A stretch of 64,000 bases of DNA from an uncultured Methanomassiliicoccales archaeon (GCA_964580935.1 CAZOLG010000001.1:188745-252744); one strand, 5' to 3'. Shown: positions 9,738 through 18,255, numbered from the stretch's first letter. The notes: generated from the letters alone by a model not told the origin. Made by a program: numbers and translations.

Positions 9738-10177
9738 TTACTGACGACCTATCCGCCCACGCCAGAAGGATCGAGGTCCGCTTTGGAGAGCAGATGGACG
9801 GTTCAGAGGTCGAGGAGGCCGTTATAGAGTTTATGTCCGGCGTCTCCAGGCGGTGTGTGGAGGAGGGGGCCACCCTGATAGGGCACATTAAGTCTATTAC
9901 CGAGGCAGCCGGCCAGGAGGGTTACTTCTCCTGCAGCGTGACCAATAACGACGGGAGAGTCAATTCGAACGGCGCTCTTAGGGACGGAATCATTTCTCTG
10001 GATATGGTCTTGAACGTGATAATCTACGGTCTGGAGGAAGCAAAGATCGAGGAGATCATAGATGTAGAGTTGAAGAGATCATTTTACTGGGAAGAGATAG
10101 AGACATGTTCAGAATCTCTGGATATCGAAGAGGATCATGTCCATGAGGGACACGAGCATGGCGAGCACCATCATTGA
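9734..10177 (+). CDS. His-rich acidic protein, probable detached C-terminal partner of the COG0523 GTPase
   Basis: ATGA overlap with the upstream stop. The C-terminus is HVHEGHEHGEHHH. Confidence 0.55.
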   Translation: MITDDLSAHARRIEVRFGEQMDGSEVEEAVIEFMSGVSRRCVEEGATLIGHIKSITEAAGQEGYFSCSVTNNDGRVNSNGALRDGIISLDMVLNVIIYGLEEAKIEEIIDVELKRSFYWEEIETCSESLDIEEDHVHEGHEHGEHHH

Positions 10178-10280
10178 TGCAATGACCACTACTTGATTTA
10201 TCCTCTGGAAGTGGAATGTCTTATCTAACATATTGAATACTTCTGAAGAAATATATTTATGCATCTGGCAGTAGTATGAT

Positions 10281-11825
10281 ATGTGGTGCGCAACCTACTG
10301 GTTCGAAATCGATTTGTCCGATCTCGGAATGGAAGTGGAAGGATCGAGCATGAAAGCTGGTATCTCCGTTCAATTGCTCAGAGGTATGATCGGTAACCCC
10401 CTCACCCGGAAAATACTCTCAGGCATGAGTAAATACTGCGGGGCTGACGAGAAGAATCGCATAGAGGTGGGCCTGGAACTTTATCTTGGGCTGAGGGAAG
10501 ACGCCTGCAGCATGTGCAGGATCTCGGAGAAGGTCCTGACTTCTGTATTGAACAGGGGAGGGAAGGCGTTCGGGCTTACCAAAGAGCAATTGAGGCAGAG
10601 ATTCTCCGATCCTTACTGGAGAATGGGGCTGGTGAACGTCATTAGAGGCATCGCCGATTTTGGAGTTACTAAACCCTTCGTTCCCGGCGCCCCCTTCCAG
10701 GTGGTTTGGGACGTCACCTATGCATGCAACCTGAAATGCAAACACTGCTATGCCTCTGCCGGCAAGAAGCACGAAGACGAACTCACCAACCAGGAATCAA
10801 TAGAGTTGGTTGACCGGCTGGCCAGACTCGGGATATCCTCACTGGCCTTCTCGGGCGGGGAGCCACTAGTCAGGCCGGATATAATCGAACTCGTTGAGAG
10901 GGCGTCCGATCATGGAATGTACGTCTCGATGGCTACCAACGGCACGTTGATCGATAAGGAGAAGGCCACAGAGCTGAAAGAGGCGGGGCTGGAATATCTC
11001 CAGATCAGCCTGGACGGTGCCACTCCGGCCAGTCATAATGATTTCCGTAGTACCCCCGGGGCTTTCGAGAGGACCGTTGAGGGGGTAAGAAACGCCGTAC
11101 AGGAAGGCTTCTTTGTCAATATCTCTACCACATTGACCAGGGAGAAGGTGGACGAGATGCCTCAGATATTCGATGTGTGTTCCGAGCTTGGTATCGACTG
11201 GTTCATGGGGTACAACTTCATACCCACCGGCCGGGGGGAAAATATTCTGAGTCTTGATCTCTCCCCCGAGGAAAGGGAAGCAGTATTGAATCAATTTCTG
11301 GACAGGATGGGGGATGTGGATTTCGAGATACTCACTACTGCACCCCAGTTCGCGAGGGTCGCCCTGGAGAGGAGGGAGGGCGACAGTACTATCGTTCCCA
11401 CCCATTTCTATAACCAGGAAGTCGACGACTCCCTATTCAACCTGACCGAGTTTGTGGGCGGCTGTGGAGCGGGCAGGTTCTACATGGCCATCAGAGCAAA
11501 TGGGGATATCGACCCCTGTGTCTTCTTCCCTCTCACAGTGGGAAACGTGAGGGACGATGATCTCCAGGAGATATGGAAGAATAACGAGGTGTTCAAGGAG
11601 TTGAGGGACAAGGATCTACTCCAGGACCAGTGCGGGAGCTGCGAGTACAGATACCACTGTGGCGGCTGCAGGGCCAGGGCATACACCTATTTTGATGATT
11701 ACCTTGCACCTGATCCTGGGTGCATCAAGAATCTTGAACACTACCGGGAAGTTGTCCAGAATTCCTTTATTGATATTGAAGAGAAAGCACCATCAATAGA
11801 ACCGGAAACGATGGTCAACGAGTGA
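10281..11825 (+). CDS. Radical SAM enzyme with C-terminal SPASM-like Cys cluster and about 130-aa Cys-containing N-terminal extension
   Basis: CNLKCKHCY (Cx3Cx2C). C-terminal cysteines GGCGAG...DPCVF...CGSCEYRYHCGGC. The start is ambiguous (10281, 10326 or 10350). Confidence 0.8.
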   Translation: MWCATYWFEIDLSDLGMEVEGSSMKAGISVQLLRGMIGNPLTRKILSGMSKYCGADEKNRIEVGLELYLGLREDACSMCRISEKVLTSVLNRGGKAFGLTKEQLRQRFSDPYWRMGLVNVIRGIADFGVTKPFVPGAPFQVVWDVTYACNLKCKHCYASAGKKHEDELTNQESIELVDRLARLGISSLAFSGGEPLVRPDIIELVERASDHGMYVSMATNGTLIDKEKATELKEAGLEYLQISLDGATPASHNDFRSTPGAFERTVEGVRNAVQEGFFVNISTTLTREKVDEMPQIFDVCSELGIDWFMGYNFIPTGRGENILSLDLSPEEREAVLNQFLDRMGDVDFEILTTAPQFARVALERREGDSTIVPTHFYNQEVDDSLFNLTEFVGGCGAGRFYMAIRANGDIDPCVFFPLTVGNVRDDDLQEIWKNNEVFKELRDKDLLQDQCGSCEYRYHCGGCRARAYTYFDDYLAPDPGCIKNLEHYREVVQNSFIDIEEKAPSIEPETMVNE

Positions 11826-14081
11826 CTACTCTTCTTTTGCCGGACACTTAGGATTGATGCACTGAGTGTGACTGTTGTCCTTGATCACCATATCCACGAT
11901 GGGGGCTCCGCATGAATCACAGGCCCTACCAGTGAACTCCACTGTACCCTTCTGCCACAAGGGGTATGAGTTCTTGCAGTTGGGCCAACCCGAGCAGCCC
12001 ACGAACCTCTTGCCCTTTCTCGAGTATCTTATCCTCAATATCTCCCCGCACTCAGGGCATTCACCCACGGAGGTTCTCTCCACGTTACTGCTGCATTCGG
12101 GGTCTATGCATTGCAGGGAAACGGGTTTCCCCTTCCTTATCACCCTCAGGCAGGGCAGACTGCATCTATCACAAATCTCCTCCGTGGTCTCCACTTTGGC
12201 TCCTCTGGGTATGGAAAAAGTACAGGTGCAGTTAGGATAGTTAGAACACCCGATGAATGTGCCCTTCTTCGATTTTACTATCCTGAGGTTCTCACCGCAT
12301 TCAGGGCACTCGCCTACGTACTTCTGCTCCCTGAGGGCCGTTCGGATCTCATCACCTATCTCTTTCTTATGTTCCTTCATTGAATTAAAAACACTCGTGA
12401 GCATCTCCCGGGATTCCTCCACCACGTCATCTAGCTCAATGTCCCCGGATGCTATCTTCTGCATGTCCTTTTCCAGCTGAGAAGTCATCTCACTCCTGGT
12501 GATGGGCGTAGCGTACTTGCCCAGGGATTCAGTGACCACTATGCCGGTTCGTGTGGGCACCGGATAAGAGCCCTCTATGTACTTCCTGTCGTACAGCTTC
12601 TGTATGATGCCGTGCCTTGTGCTCTTGGTGCCCAACCCCTGTTTCTCCATCTCCTGCAGCAGGGCACCCTGTGAATACCTTCTAGGTGGTTCAGTCTCCT
12701 TTCTGATGAGCAGTATTTCTTCGACTGTCACTTCTTCCCCCTTTGAAAGGGAGGGCAGCTCCCTCTCATCTACCCTGTAGTAGGGATAGTACTTCCTCCA
12801 CCCAGGGAAAACTATCTTGTAACCTTTGGAAAGGAATGTCTCTTCGTTCACCTTCAGCTCCCCGTCGGTCACCTCGGCGATGGCGGGTGGTGCCACCGTG
12901 GCCATGAACCGGCGGACGACCAACTCGTAGAGCTTCCACCTGTCTCCCTTCAAGTTCTTCTTTGTAGCCCCTCTTACAGGGTGTATTGGCGGGTGGTCTG
13001 TGCTATAGGACTTGCCCCTTGACGGCCTGATCTTGTCCTGAGATAGCAGCTCGTCCGCCTCCTTCTCGAACTCAGATTCCTTCAGCTTCTTCAGTATCTG
13101 TTTCAGGGAGAGGGAACGAGGATAGACAGTGTTGTCCGTCCTGGGGTAGGAAATGAATCCGTTATTGTAAAGGTCCTCGGCCACGCTCATGGCCCTGCTG
13201 GCCGACAACCCTCTCTTGTTGGCCTCGGCCAACATGATGGTGGTGTTGAAAGGTGGTGGCGGATACTCCTTCTTCTCCTTGGTCTCCCACTTGTTGACCA
13301 AAGCAGTCTTGGATGCTTCCACCCTTTCCATGATCTCCTCCGCTTCATCCTTGTCCCAGAAAGGATTCTCTTTATGGTCGGCTCTGAAGTGGCTAGTATC
13401 GCTGAACTCACCGCTTATCTCCCAGTAAAGTTCGGGAACGAAGTCCCTTATCTCTTTGTGTCGGTCGACCACGAGGTTTAGAGTGGGGCTCTGGACTCTC
13501 CCAGCAGAGAGGTAGTCGTGGCCCAGCTGGCCCGAGGTCAAGGAGAGGAATCTGGTAAGGGATGCTCCCCAGGTCAGGTCGACCACCTGTCTAGATTCTG
13601 CTGATTGGGCTAGCTTTTCATCAGGCGTTTTGAGAGAAGAAAAGGCCTCTTCGATTTCATGTTTGGTCAGTGCGCTGAATTTGGCCCTCTTAATCTCTTG
13701 GGGACCTATATTCAGTAATCTCACTGTCTCTAGCCCGATCAGTTCTCCTTCCCTGTCGTAATCGGTGGCGATGATAACCACATCGCTCTCCTTGGTCAGG
13801 TCCCTGAGCACAGAGATGAGCCCTTTGGCCCTCACCTGTTTCTCGATGGGAGCGTCAATCAACTCCTCTGGATCGACTGCGTTCCAGTCGTTGTATTCAT
13901 CCGGATAATCGACTTCGATTATATGTCCTCGCAGACCGACTACCTTCCACTCCCCCTCTTCATCTTCAAATTCGAAAACAGGGACTCTGTTGATACTCCT
14001 CCTTTTAGAATTGCCGTCGGAGAGGATGTACGCTATCCTGGAAGCGGCTTTCGTTTTCTCAGAGATTACTAGTTTCTTCAT
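11826..14081 (-). CDS. topA: DNA topoisomerase I (type IA) with four C-terminal C4 zinc ribbons
   Basis: Toprim ATDYDREGELIG and active-site Tyr context SYPRTDN. Repeated CPECG...C..C ribbons. Start set at ATG 14081 (MKKLVISEK); the track GTG at 14132 lies inside the att/promoter sequence. Confidence 0.9.
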   Translation of the reverse strand: MKKLVISEKTKAASRIAYILSDGNSKRRSINRVPVFEFEDEEGEWKVVGLRGHIIEVDYPDEYNDWNAVDPEELIDAPIEKQVRAKGLISVLRDLTKESDVVIIATDYDREGELIGLETVRLLNIGPQEIKRAKFSALTKHEIEEAFSSLKTPDEKLAQSAESRQVVDLTWGASLTRFLSLTSGQLGHDYLSAGRVQSPTLNLVVDRHKEIRDFVPELYWEISGEFSDTSHFRADHKENPFWDKDEAEEIMERVEASKTALVNKWETKEKKEYPPPPFNTTIMLAEANKRGLSASRAMSVAEDLYNNGFISYPRTDNTVYPRSLSLKQILKKLKESEFEKEADELLSQDKIRPSRGKSYSTDHPPIHPVRGATKKNLKGDRWKLYELVVRRFMATVAPPAIAEVTDGELKVNEETFLSKGYKIVFPGWRKYYPYYRVDERELPSLSKGEEVTVEEILLIRKETEPPRRYSQGALLQEMEKQGLGTKSTRHGIIQKLYDRKYIEGSYPVPTRTGIVVTESLGKYATPITRSEMTSQLEKDMQKIASGDIELDDVVEESREMLTSVFNSMKEHKKEIGDEIRTALREQKYVGECPECGENLRIVKSKKGTFIGCSNYPNCTCTFSIPRGAKVETTEEICDRCSLPCLRVIRKGKPVSLQCIDPECSSNVERTSVGECPECGEILRIRYSRKGKRFVGCSGWPNCKNSYPLWQKGTVEFTGRACDSCGAPIVDMVIKDNSHTQCINPKCPAKEE

Positions 14082-14105
14082 TCGAGGCCAGCAAAGTAGG
14101 ACTCG

Positions 14106-14117
14106 ATATAAATATAT
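14106..14117 (-). promoter_or_regulatory. TATA-box-like element about 25-30 nt upstream of the topA ATG (leaderless-type spacing), inside the att repeat
   Basis: The minus strand reads ...GCAATATATTTATAT. The distance to ATG 14081 fits archaeal TATA-TSS spacing. Confidence 0.4.
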
Positions 14118-14135
14118 TGCTTGTAAAATCACTGG
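14106..14135. repeat. attL (30-bp direct repeat)
   Basis: Identical to 23129..23158. The flanking bases differ (G/A on the left, A/C on the right). Confidence 0.9.
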
Positions 14136-14291
14136 ATAAACAGAAAAGTGCCCTCCTCAGGGCATTCCCGCAGGATGCACAAACCTCTTTCTTCTTTATT
14201 TATACTGGATATGATTAAGGAATAGTGTACAGTTTAACAATAGTTATATACGATAATTAACGAAATCAAGAGGCTCTTTGTGTCCTCTATA

Positions 14292-14317
14292 GCTGTCATA
14301 GCCGTCACAGCTGTCAT
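14292..14317. repeat. Three tandem 9-bp units (AGCTGTCAT-like), inverted copy of 21898..21923
   Basis: GCTGTCATAGCCGTCACAGCTGTCAT is the reverse complement of 21898..21923 with 1 mismatch in 26. Confidence 0.8.
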
Positions 14318-14544
14318 ACTCTTAGAAATTTCGATAATCAGTCTAACCATTTTAAGTTAAGATTAAGTAATAGAAATCATAAAGTAATTTTCTCTTACTT
14401 TCGTATTAGATATTAGAATTAGTTAGTATTCACACTACTGGACTGTTCAAATTGAGGTCTGATATCGTGTATTAGAGTTATTAGAATTCACCGTCTAAAA
14501 TCTTAATTAGCATAAGTGTTGATTATATTCAGGGGATTAAGATC

Positions 14545-14862
14545 AAATGCCCAAATTGCTATGCTGACATTCCAGAGGGTTCAAGGTTTTGTAGGAACTG
14601 TGGAACAGAAATTGAATCCGTTACAGGGCCTAAATCCTCAGAATTTGGTACAAGAGAACTAATAATGGTTGCAGTATCGATTCTCGTAGCTGCAATCGTT
14701 ATTCTTGGATTATTCGTTGTTCCTTTTGCCCAGTCAAAAATCATAGTCACTGTCGAGTCCGATCATCTTGTAAACACCATAGATTATGCTCTTTATCTTG
14801 ACGGAGAATTGATGGCAGAAGGCCAGCTGGACGCAGGCTCTTCCGATGTAATCACAATATGA
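14545..14862 (+). CDS. Zinc-ribbon plus single-TM small protein (start codon unresolved)
   Basis: The frame is open from 14485. It encodes KCPNCYADIPEGSRFCRNCGTEI, then the TM helix IMVAVSILVAAIVILGLFVV. No ATG/GTG/TTG lies upstream of the ribbon; the track starts only at ATG 14665. Confidence 0.55.
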   Translation, partial: KCPNCYADIPEGSRFCRNCGTEIESVTGPKSSEFGTRELIMVAVSILVAAIVILGLFVVPFAQSKIIVTVESDHLVNTIDYALYLDGELMAEGQLDAGSSDVITI

Positions 14863-15032
14863 CATTATCCGATAATGTCATCAGGAAATTACGGAGTAGT
14901 AATAAGTGCAACTTCTGTTGGCGGTGGATTTGGAGATGTGAGTGACCAAATGGAACTCACCTTAGAGTGGGGAGAGACATATTCATTTGTACTATACGTT
15001 TGAATTCAAGCGAATTGTAACTCTACTGAAGC

Positions 15033-15368
15033 CTATCTAATCCTGGCTCCACAATGCTTACAGTACTTTGCTCCTTCCTCAGTAGGTTTGCCACATTGAG
15101 GACAATACATCGGACGCCCTTCGTATTGAGGCATCCTGTCGGCAGAGTGGGGATGATATTTAGACCTTATGAGTAGTGAGGTAATTAGAAAACCAGCGCC
15201 TATGAGAATAATCGCAATCCCAAGATAGCCCAAATCGTTGATTCTATAATGAGTAGTATTGAATATCGTCCAGATCTCGATACCACAGAAGAATAGAATC
15301 ATTATCCCCACTACTATTGCAAATATACCCGCTGCCAACGCGAAGTCCTTTTCCGGGGATCTATCCAT
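15033..15368 (-). CDS. Membrane protein (3 TM) with C-terminal zinc ribbon
   Basis: 111 aa. Hydrophobic helices, then CPQCGKPTEEGAKYCKHCGARIR. Confidence 0.6.
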   Translation of the reverse strand: MDRSPEKDFALAAGIFAIVVGIMILFFCGIEIWTIFNTTHYRINDLGYLGIAIILIGAGFLITSLLIRSKYHPHSADRMPQYEGRPMYCPQCGKPTEEGAKYCKHCGARIR

Positions 15369-15745
15369 GCTTTATTTCAATTGGTTTCATATACTATATT
15401 CTTAACTCATCCATTGATAAGTCTGATTATGTGATTTACTAGCTTGATTTGAAAAGAACAAATATTTCAAACGAATTCATTGCGACACAGCGCTTCCCTC
15501 TCATCTACAAATTTCTTAAGTTTATTACAAAAGACTTAGTAGCATAAATATCACCCACTGGACCTCATTTAGTCAACGACGCTTGCCCGAATATCAACAA
15601 AATCACTGGTAGTCAAATCATATATAAAGGAACACTGCGCCGATCCTCAAAGTTAAGGCGCGAACCCCTGCTTCTGGACGTAATCTTACCCTTCCAGTAA
15701 TCGATATTCCACCTCTCCGGTCCCCGGTGTCTCTATCGGCTCCTC

Positions 15746-16288
15746 TCACTCAGAAGACCGTCTAACTTCCTCAAAGATTCCCGTTTCGTCGAGGATGTCG
15801 ACGATCTTTTTGATGCGATCTGGATCATCCTCCTCCACGGGTCCTCCGTTCATGGTTTCCATCTTCACGTATTCCGTCGGGTCCCCGCGCACCTTTAACT
15901 CGAGTTCGACCGCCTCTTTGAACCACCGTATCATGTCGGAAGGAGTGAGGTCCCACCCTTCGTTTTCGAGCATCGCCTCGAGCCTCTTCCGGACCGCACT
16001 GTGGAATTTCTCACATGTTTTGAGCGTTTCCTCATTCCGTCTCCTCCTCAGCTCGGCCATGTGCGCCATCTGCATGCGCTCCAGGTGTTCGTCGTAGGCC
16101 TCCGCCCTTTTCACCCAGTCGTATTTAGCAGACCACTTCTGTATATATCCGAGGTATCCCTTCGGCCTTTCCAGTCTCTGCCGTACCCTGTCGTGAGTTC
16201 TCTCCGGTCCCATATCACGGTACAGGCAGAACGCATGGTAGGACTTCGAGGTTTCATCCTCTTTTTTTTCCCACGGCAGTTTAGTCAT
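15746..16288 (-). CDS. Hypothetical DNA-binding-like protein (N-terminus resembles phage/plasmid HTH or small-terminase-like proteins)
   Basis: 180 aa. The pattern YHAFCLYRDMGPERTHDRV...YIQKWSAKYDWVKRAEAYDEHL recurs in mobile-element HTH proteins. The family assignment is from memory only. Confidence 0.5.
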   Translation of the reverse strand: MTKLPWEKKEDETSKSYHAFCLYRDMGPERTHDRVRQRLERPKGYLGYIQKWSAKYDWVKRAEAYDEHLERMQMAHMAELRRRRNEETLKTCEKFHSAVRKRLEAMLENEGWDLTPSDMIRWFKEAVELELKVRGDPTEYVKMETMNGGPVEEDDPDRIKKIVDILDETGIFEEVRRSSE

Positions 16289-16438
16289 GATATCACCACC
16301 TGTCTCCCCACTATTTACAGTCTTCCGTCCACCTACTACGCCTCCCGGCCGGCGGTGAGACGGGCCCTCACCCCCTGGTGTTACCCCTCCCCTTTTTCCT
16401 AATAATTCGCCTTTTTCCTATATATATAATTTACCATC

Positions 16439-16651
16439 ATGTCCGGTGGTGCCAGACGTCTCAGGGCGGCCTCTTTCGTCCTCAAGAACATGCCCACTAA
16501 AAGGCCGGTAATATCCCGCGCCGGTCCTTCGGACCCAGAATCCATATTGAAGGATGATGCCTTGAAGAAGACTTTCGGCGAGACTTTTGAACCGGACAGT
16601 CAGGAGTTGGAAGATTTTGCCAGGAAACTGGCAGAGAAATTGAATGACTGA
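16439..16651 (+). CDS. Hypothetical small acidic protein
   Basis: 70-aa ORF between two minus-strand genes. No recognizable motif. Confidence 0.3.
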   Translation: MSGGARRLRAASFVLKNMPTKRPVISRAGPSDPESILKDDALKKTFGETFEPDSQELEDFARKLAEKLND

Positions 16652-16804
16652 ATCGAAAATAAAGTATAGGGTAAACATACGGTAAACATAGGGTGATATG
16701 AAAATATTGTGTCAAACCGTGTATCGTAGATCTGTGGATGTTTTTGGAGGGACCCACCCCCCCAAACACTAATATTTTTTGATAGTGATTTGTACAATTC
16801 TAAT

Positions 16805-17404
16805 CTAATCTGAAACACTTTCCGATAATTTATCATACTGCATTTCTGCAAATTCCTTGAAATCATCGAAGTCTATTGACACGTCTTCAGAGGTGTAGAC
16901 ATTCTGGCATAACATATGAATCACTACATTACCAGTTCGGAAATATTCATAATGATAATCACCGGGAGGAGCGTTCAAGGTCCATCCTAGACTATTATTA
17001 CCTAGTTCTAAAGAGACTGCATCAGCATATTGGTGTTCCGAAGTTAGGTTTATGTAGGCTTCTTGGGCCTTAGAAGGAGTTTCATATTTCATTAGAGATA
17101 TTTTGATGCTAACAACAGCCATTCCACCTGAGTATCTCTTTTCAAATGAGGCGAATGAAGCATCTGACCAAATGGGATCTGTTGTCAAGTCATCTGCCTC
17201 CTTAACTTGCCATTGACTATCGATCTCTGTTAGATTCAGTATCAATTCGCTCGCAGGTAGAGTATAGATGCCCCCTTCTGGATAATTGACTCCTGCATTA
17301 TCTTCATCAATATCAGTGCCGAGACAGCCCGACAGACTTAGAGAAATAGCCAGGATTCCAACCAAAATAACGGAAACCATTCTTGAGTTGCATTCCTTTT
17401 TCAT
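16805..17404 (-). CDS. Putative lipoprotein / secreted protein
   Basis: Start set at ATG 17404 (MKKECNSRMVSVILVGILAISLSLSGC). This gives a signal peptide with a lipobox-like LSGC. Confidence 0.6.
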   Translation of the reverse strand: MKKECNSRMVSVILVGILAISLSLSGCLGTDIDEDNAGVNYPEGGIYTLPASELILNLTEIDSQWQVKEADDLTTDPIWSDASFASFEKRYSGGMAVVSIKISLMKYETPSKAQEAYINLTSEHQYADAVSLELGNNSLGWTLNAPPGDYHYEYFRTGNVVIHMLCQNVYTSEDVSIDFDDFKEFAEMQYDKLSESVSD

Positions 17405-17414
17405 TTTTTTACCT

Positions 17415-17555
17415 CTAATCTCTCTTGAGTGAGAGATAGACATGGTGACAAAAGGAACAATGCCATTCAATATTGAATGGATAGATATCTTCATCGATAG
17501 AATCTATCTTGGTCATCTGGCGGCCACAGACTGGACATTTCAATTTCATATTCAT
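17415..17555 (-). CDS. Small zinc-ribbon protein (46 aa), not in the ORF track
   Basis: Translated by hand: MNMKLKCPVCGRQMTKIDSIDEDIYPFNIEWHCSFCHHVYLSLKRD*. It has CxxC...CxxC and ends 11 nt before the lipoprotein start. Confidence 0.45.
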   Translation of the reverse strand: MNMKLKCPVCGRQMTKIDSIDEDIYPFNIEWHCSFCHHVYLSLKRD

Positions 17556-17596
17556 TTTCCTAAATGTCTCAACTTAGCTGACTGCAAAAATTATTT

Positions 17597-17815
17597 CTAT
17601 GGATAGTCAGACATATCTCCTTCCTGGTCAAACTTTGGTGCCCGTAGCATCTTTTCAGGAGTATGACATATCGGACATCTGCGGGGCCATTTCCATACAA
17701 GATAGATAAGACCAGGGATTAATCCCAGAAGAAATAGGATAATCATTATTCCCAGATGCCAACTGTGTTCAGTGTCAACATTCCTTTTACATGATGGACA
17801 GTATTTCATGGTCAT
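17597..17815 (-). CDS. Zinc-ribbon / TM / CxxC mini-membrane protein
   Basis: MKYCPSCKRNV... followed by TM IMIILFLLGLIPGLIYLVW ... RRCPICH. Confidence 0.55.
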   Translation of the reverse strand: MTMKYCPSCKRNVDTEHSWHLGIMIILFLLGLIPGLIYLVWKWPRRCPICHTPEKMLRAPKFDQEGDMSDYP

Positions 17816-18255
17816 TGGGCAACCCCACAGATTGTCATTTCTTTAGTTATATAAATAAATTTCATTTCTTCCCAACAGGTTCAAGAGACCAGATGGTATA
17901 CTGGTCAATTCCGACATTACTTGTAACCGCCCGGAAAAATGAAAAAGGAAGTAATGTGAAATCCAACATTACTTCCATCCCGGACAAAAGGACCACTGCC
18001 CGGATCCCCAGGATTGATGCACAACCCCCCCCCCTCTTCTAGGCAAAAGTTTACCATCCGGTAAGCGGGTCCGCTACCGGTGGCGCCAGGTCCGCGCCGG
18101 GGTCCTGATCATACCTTTTTCGATAAAGGGGCCGAATGGAGATATACATCGAAAGATTTATATAATCGTTCGAAATGTTCTATGAAGAGTAACTGAGTTT
18201 AGCCCCCTTCATTAATAAATAACCATAAGGTTTATATAATTGTGCCATATGTTTA

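Noticed and set aside
11823-11828. The radical SAM TGA and the topA TAG abut back-to-back with no spacer, checked as a possible shared bidirectional terminator.
   Set aside because: No hairpin or T-tract exists at the junction, so nothing beyond tight packing can be supported.
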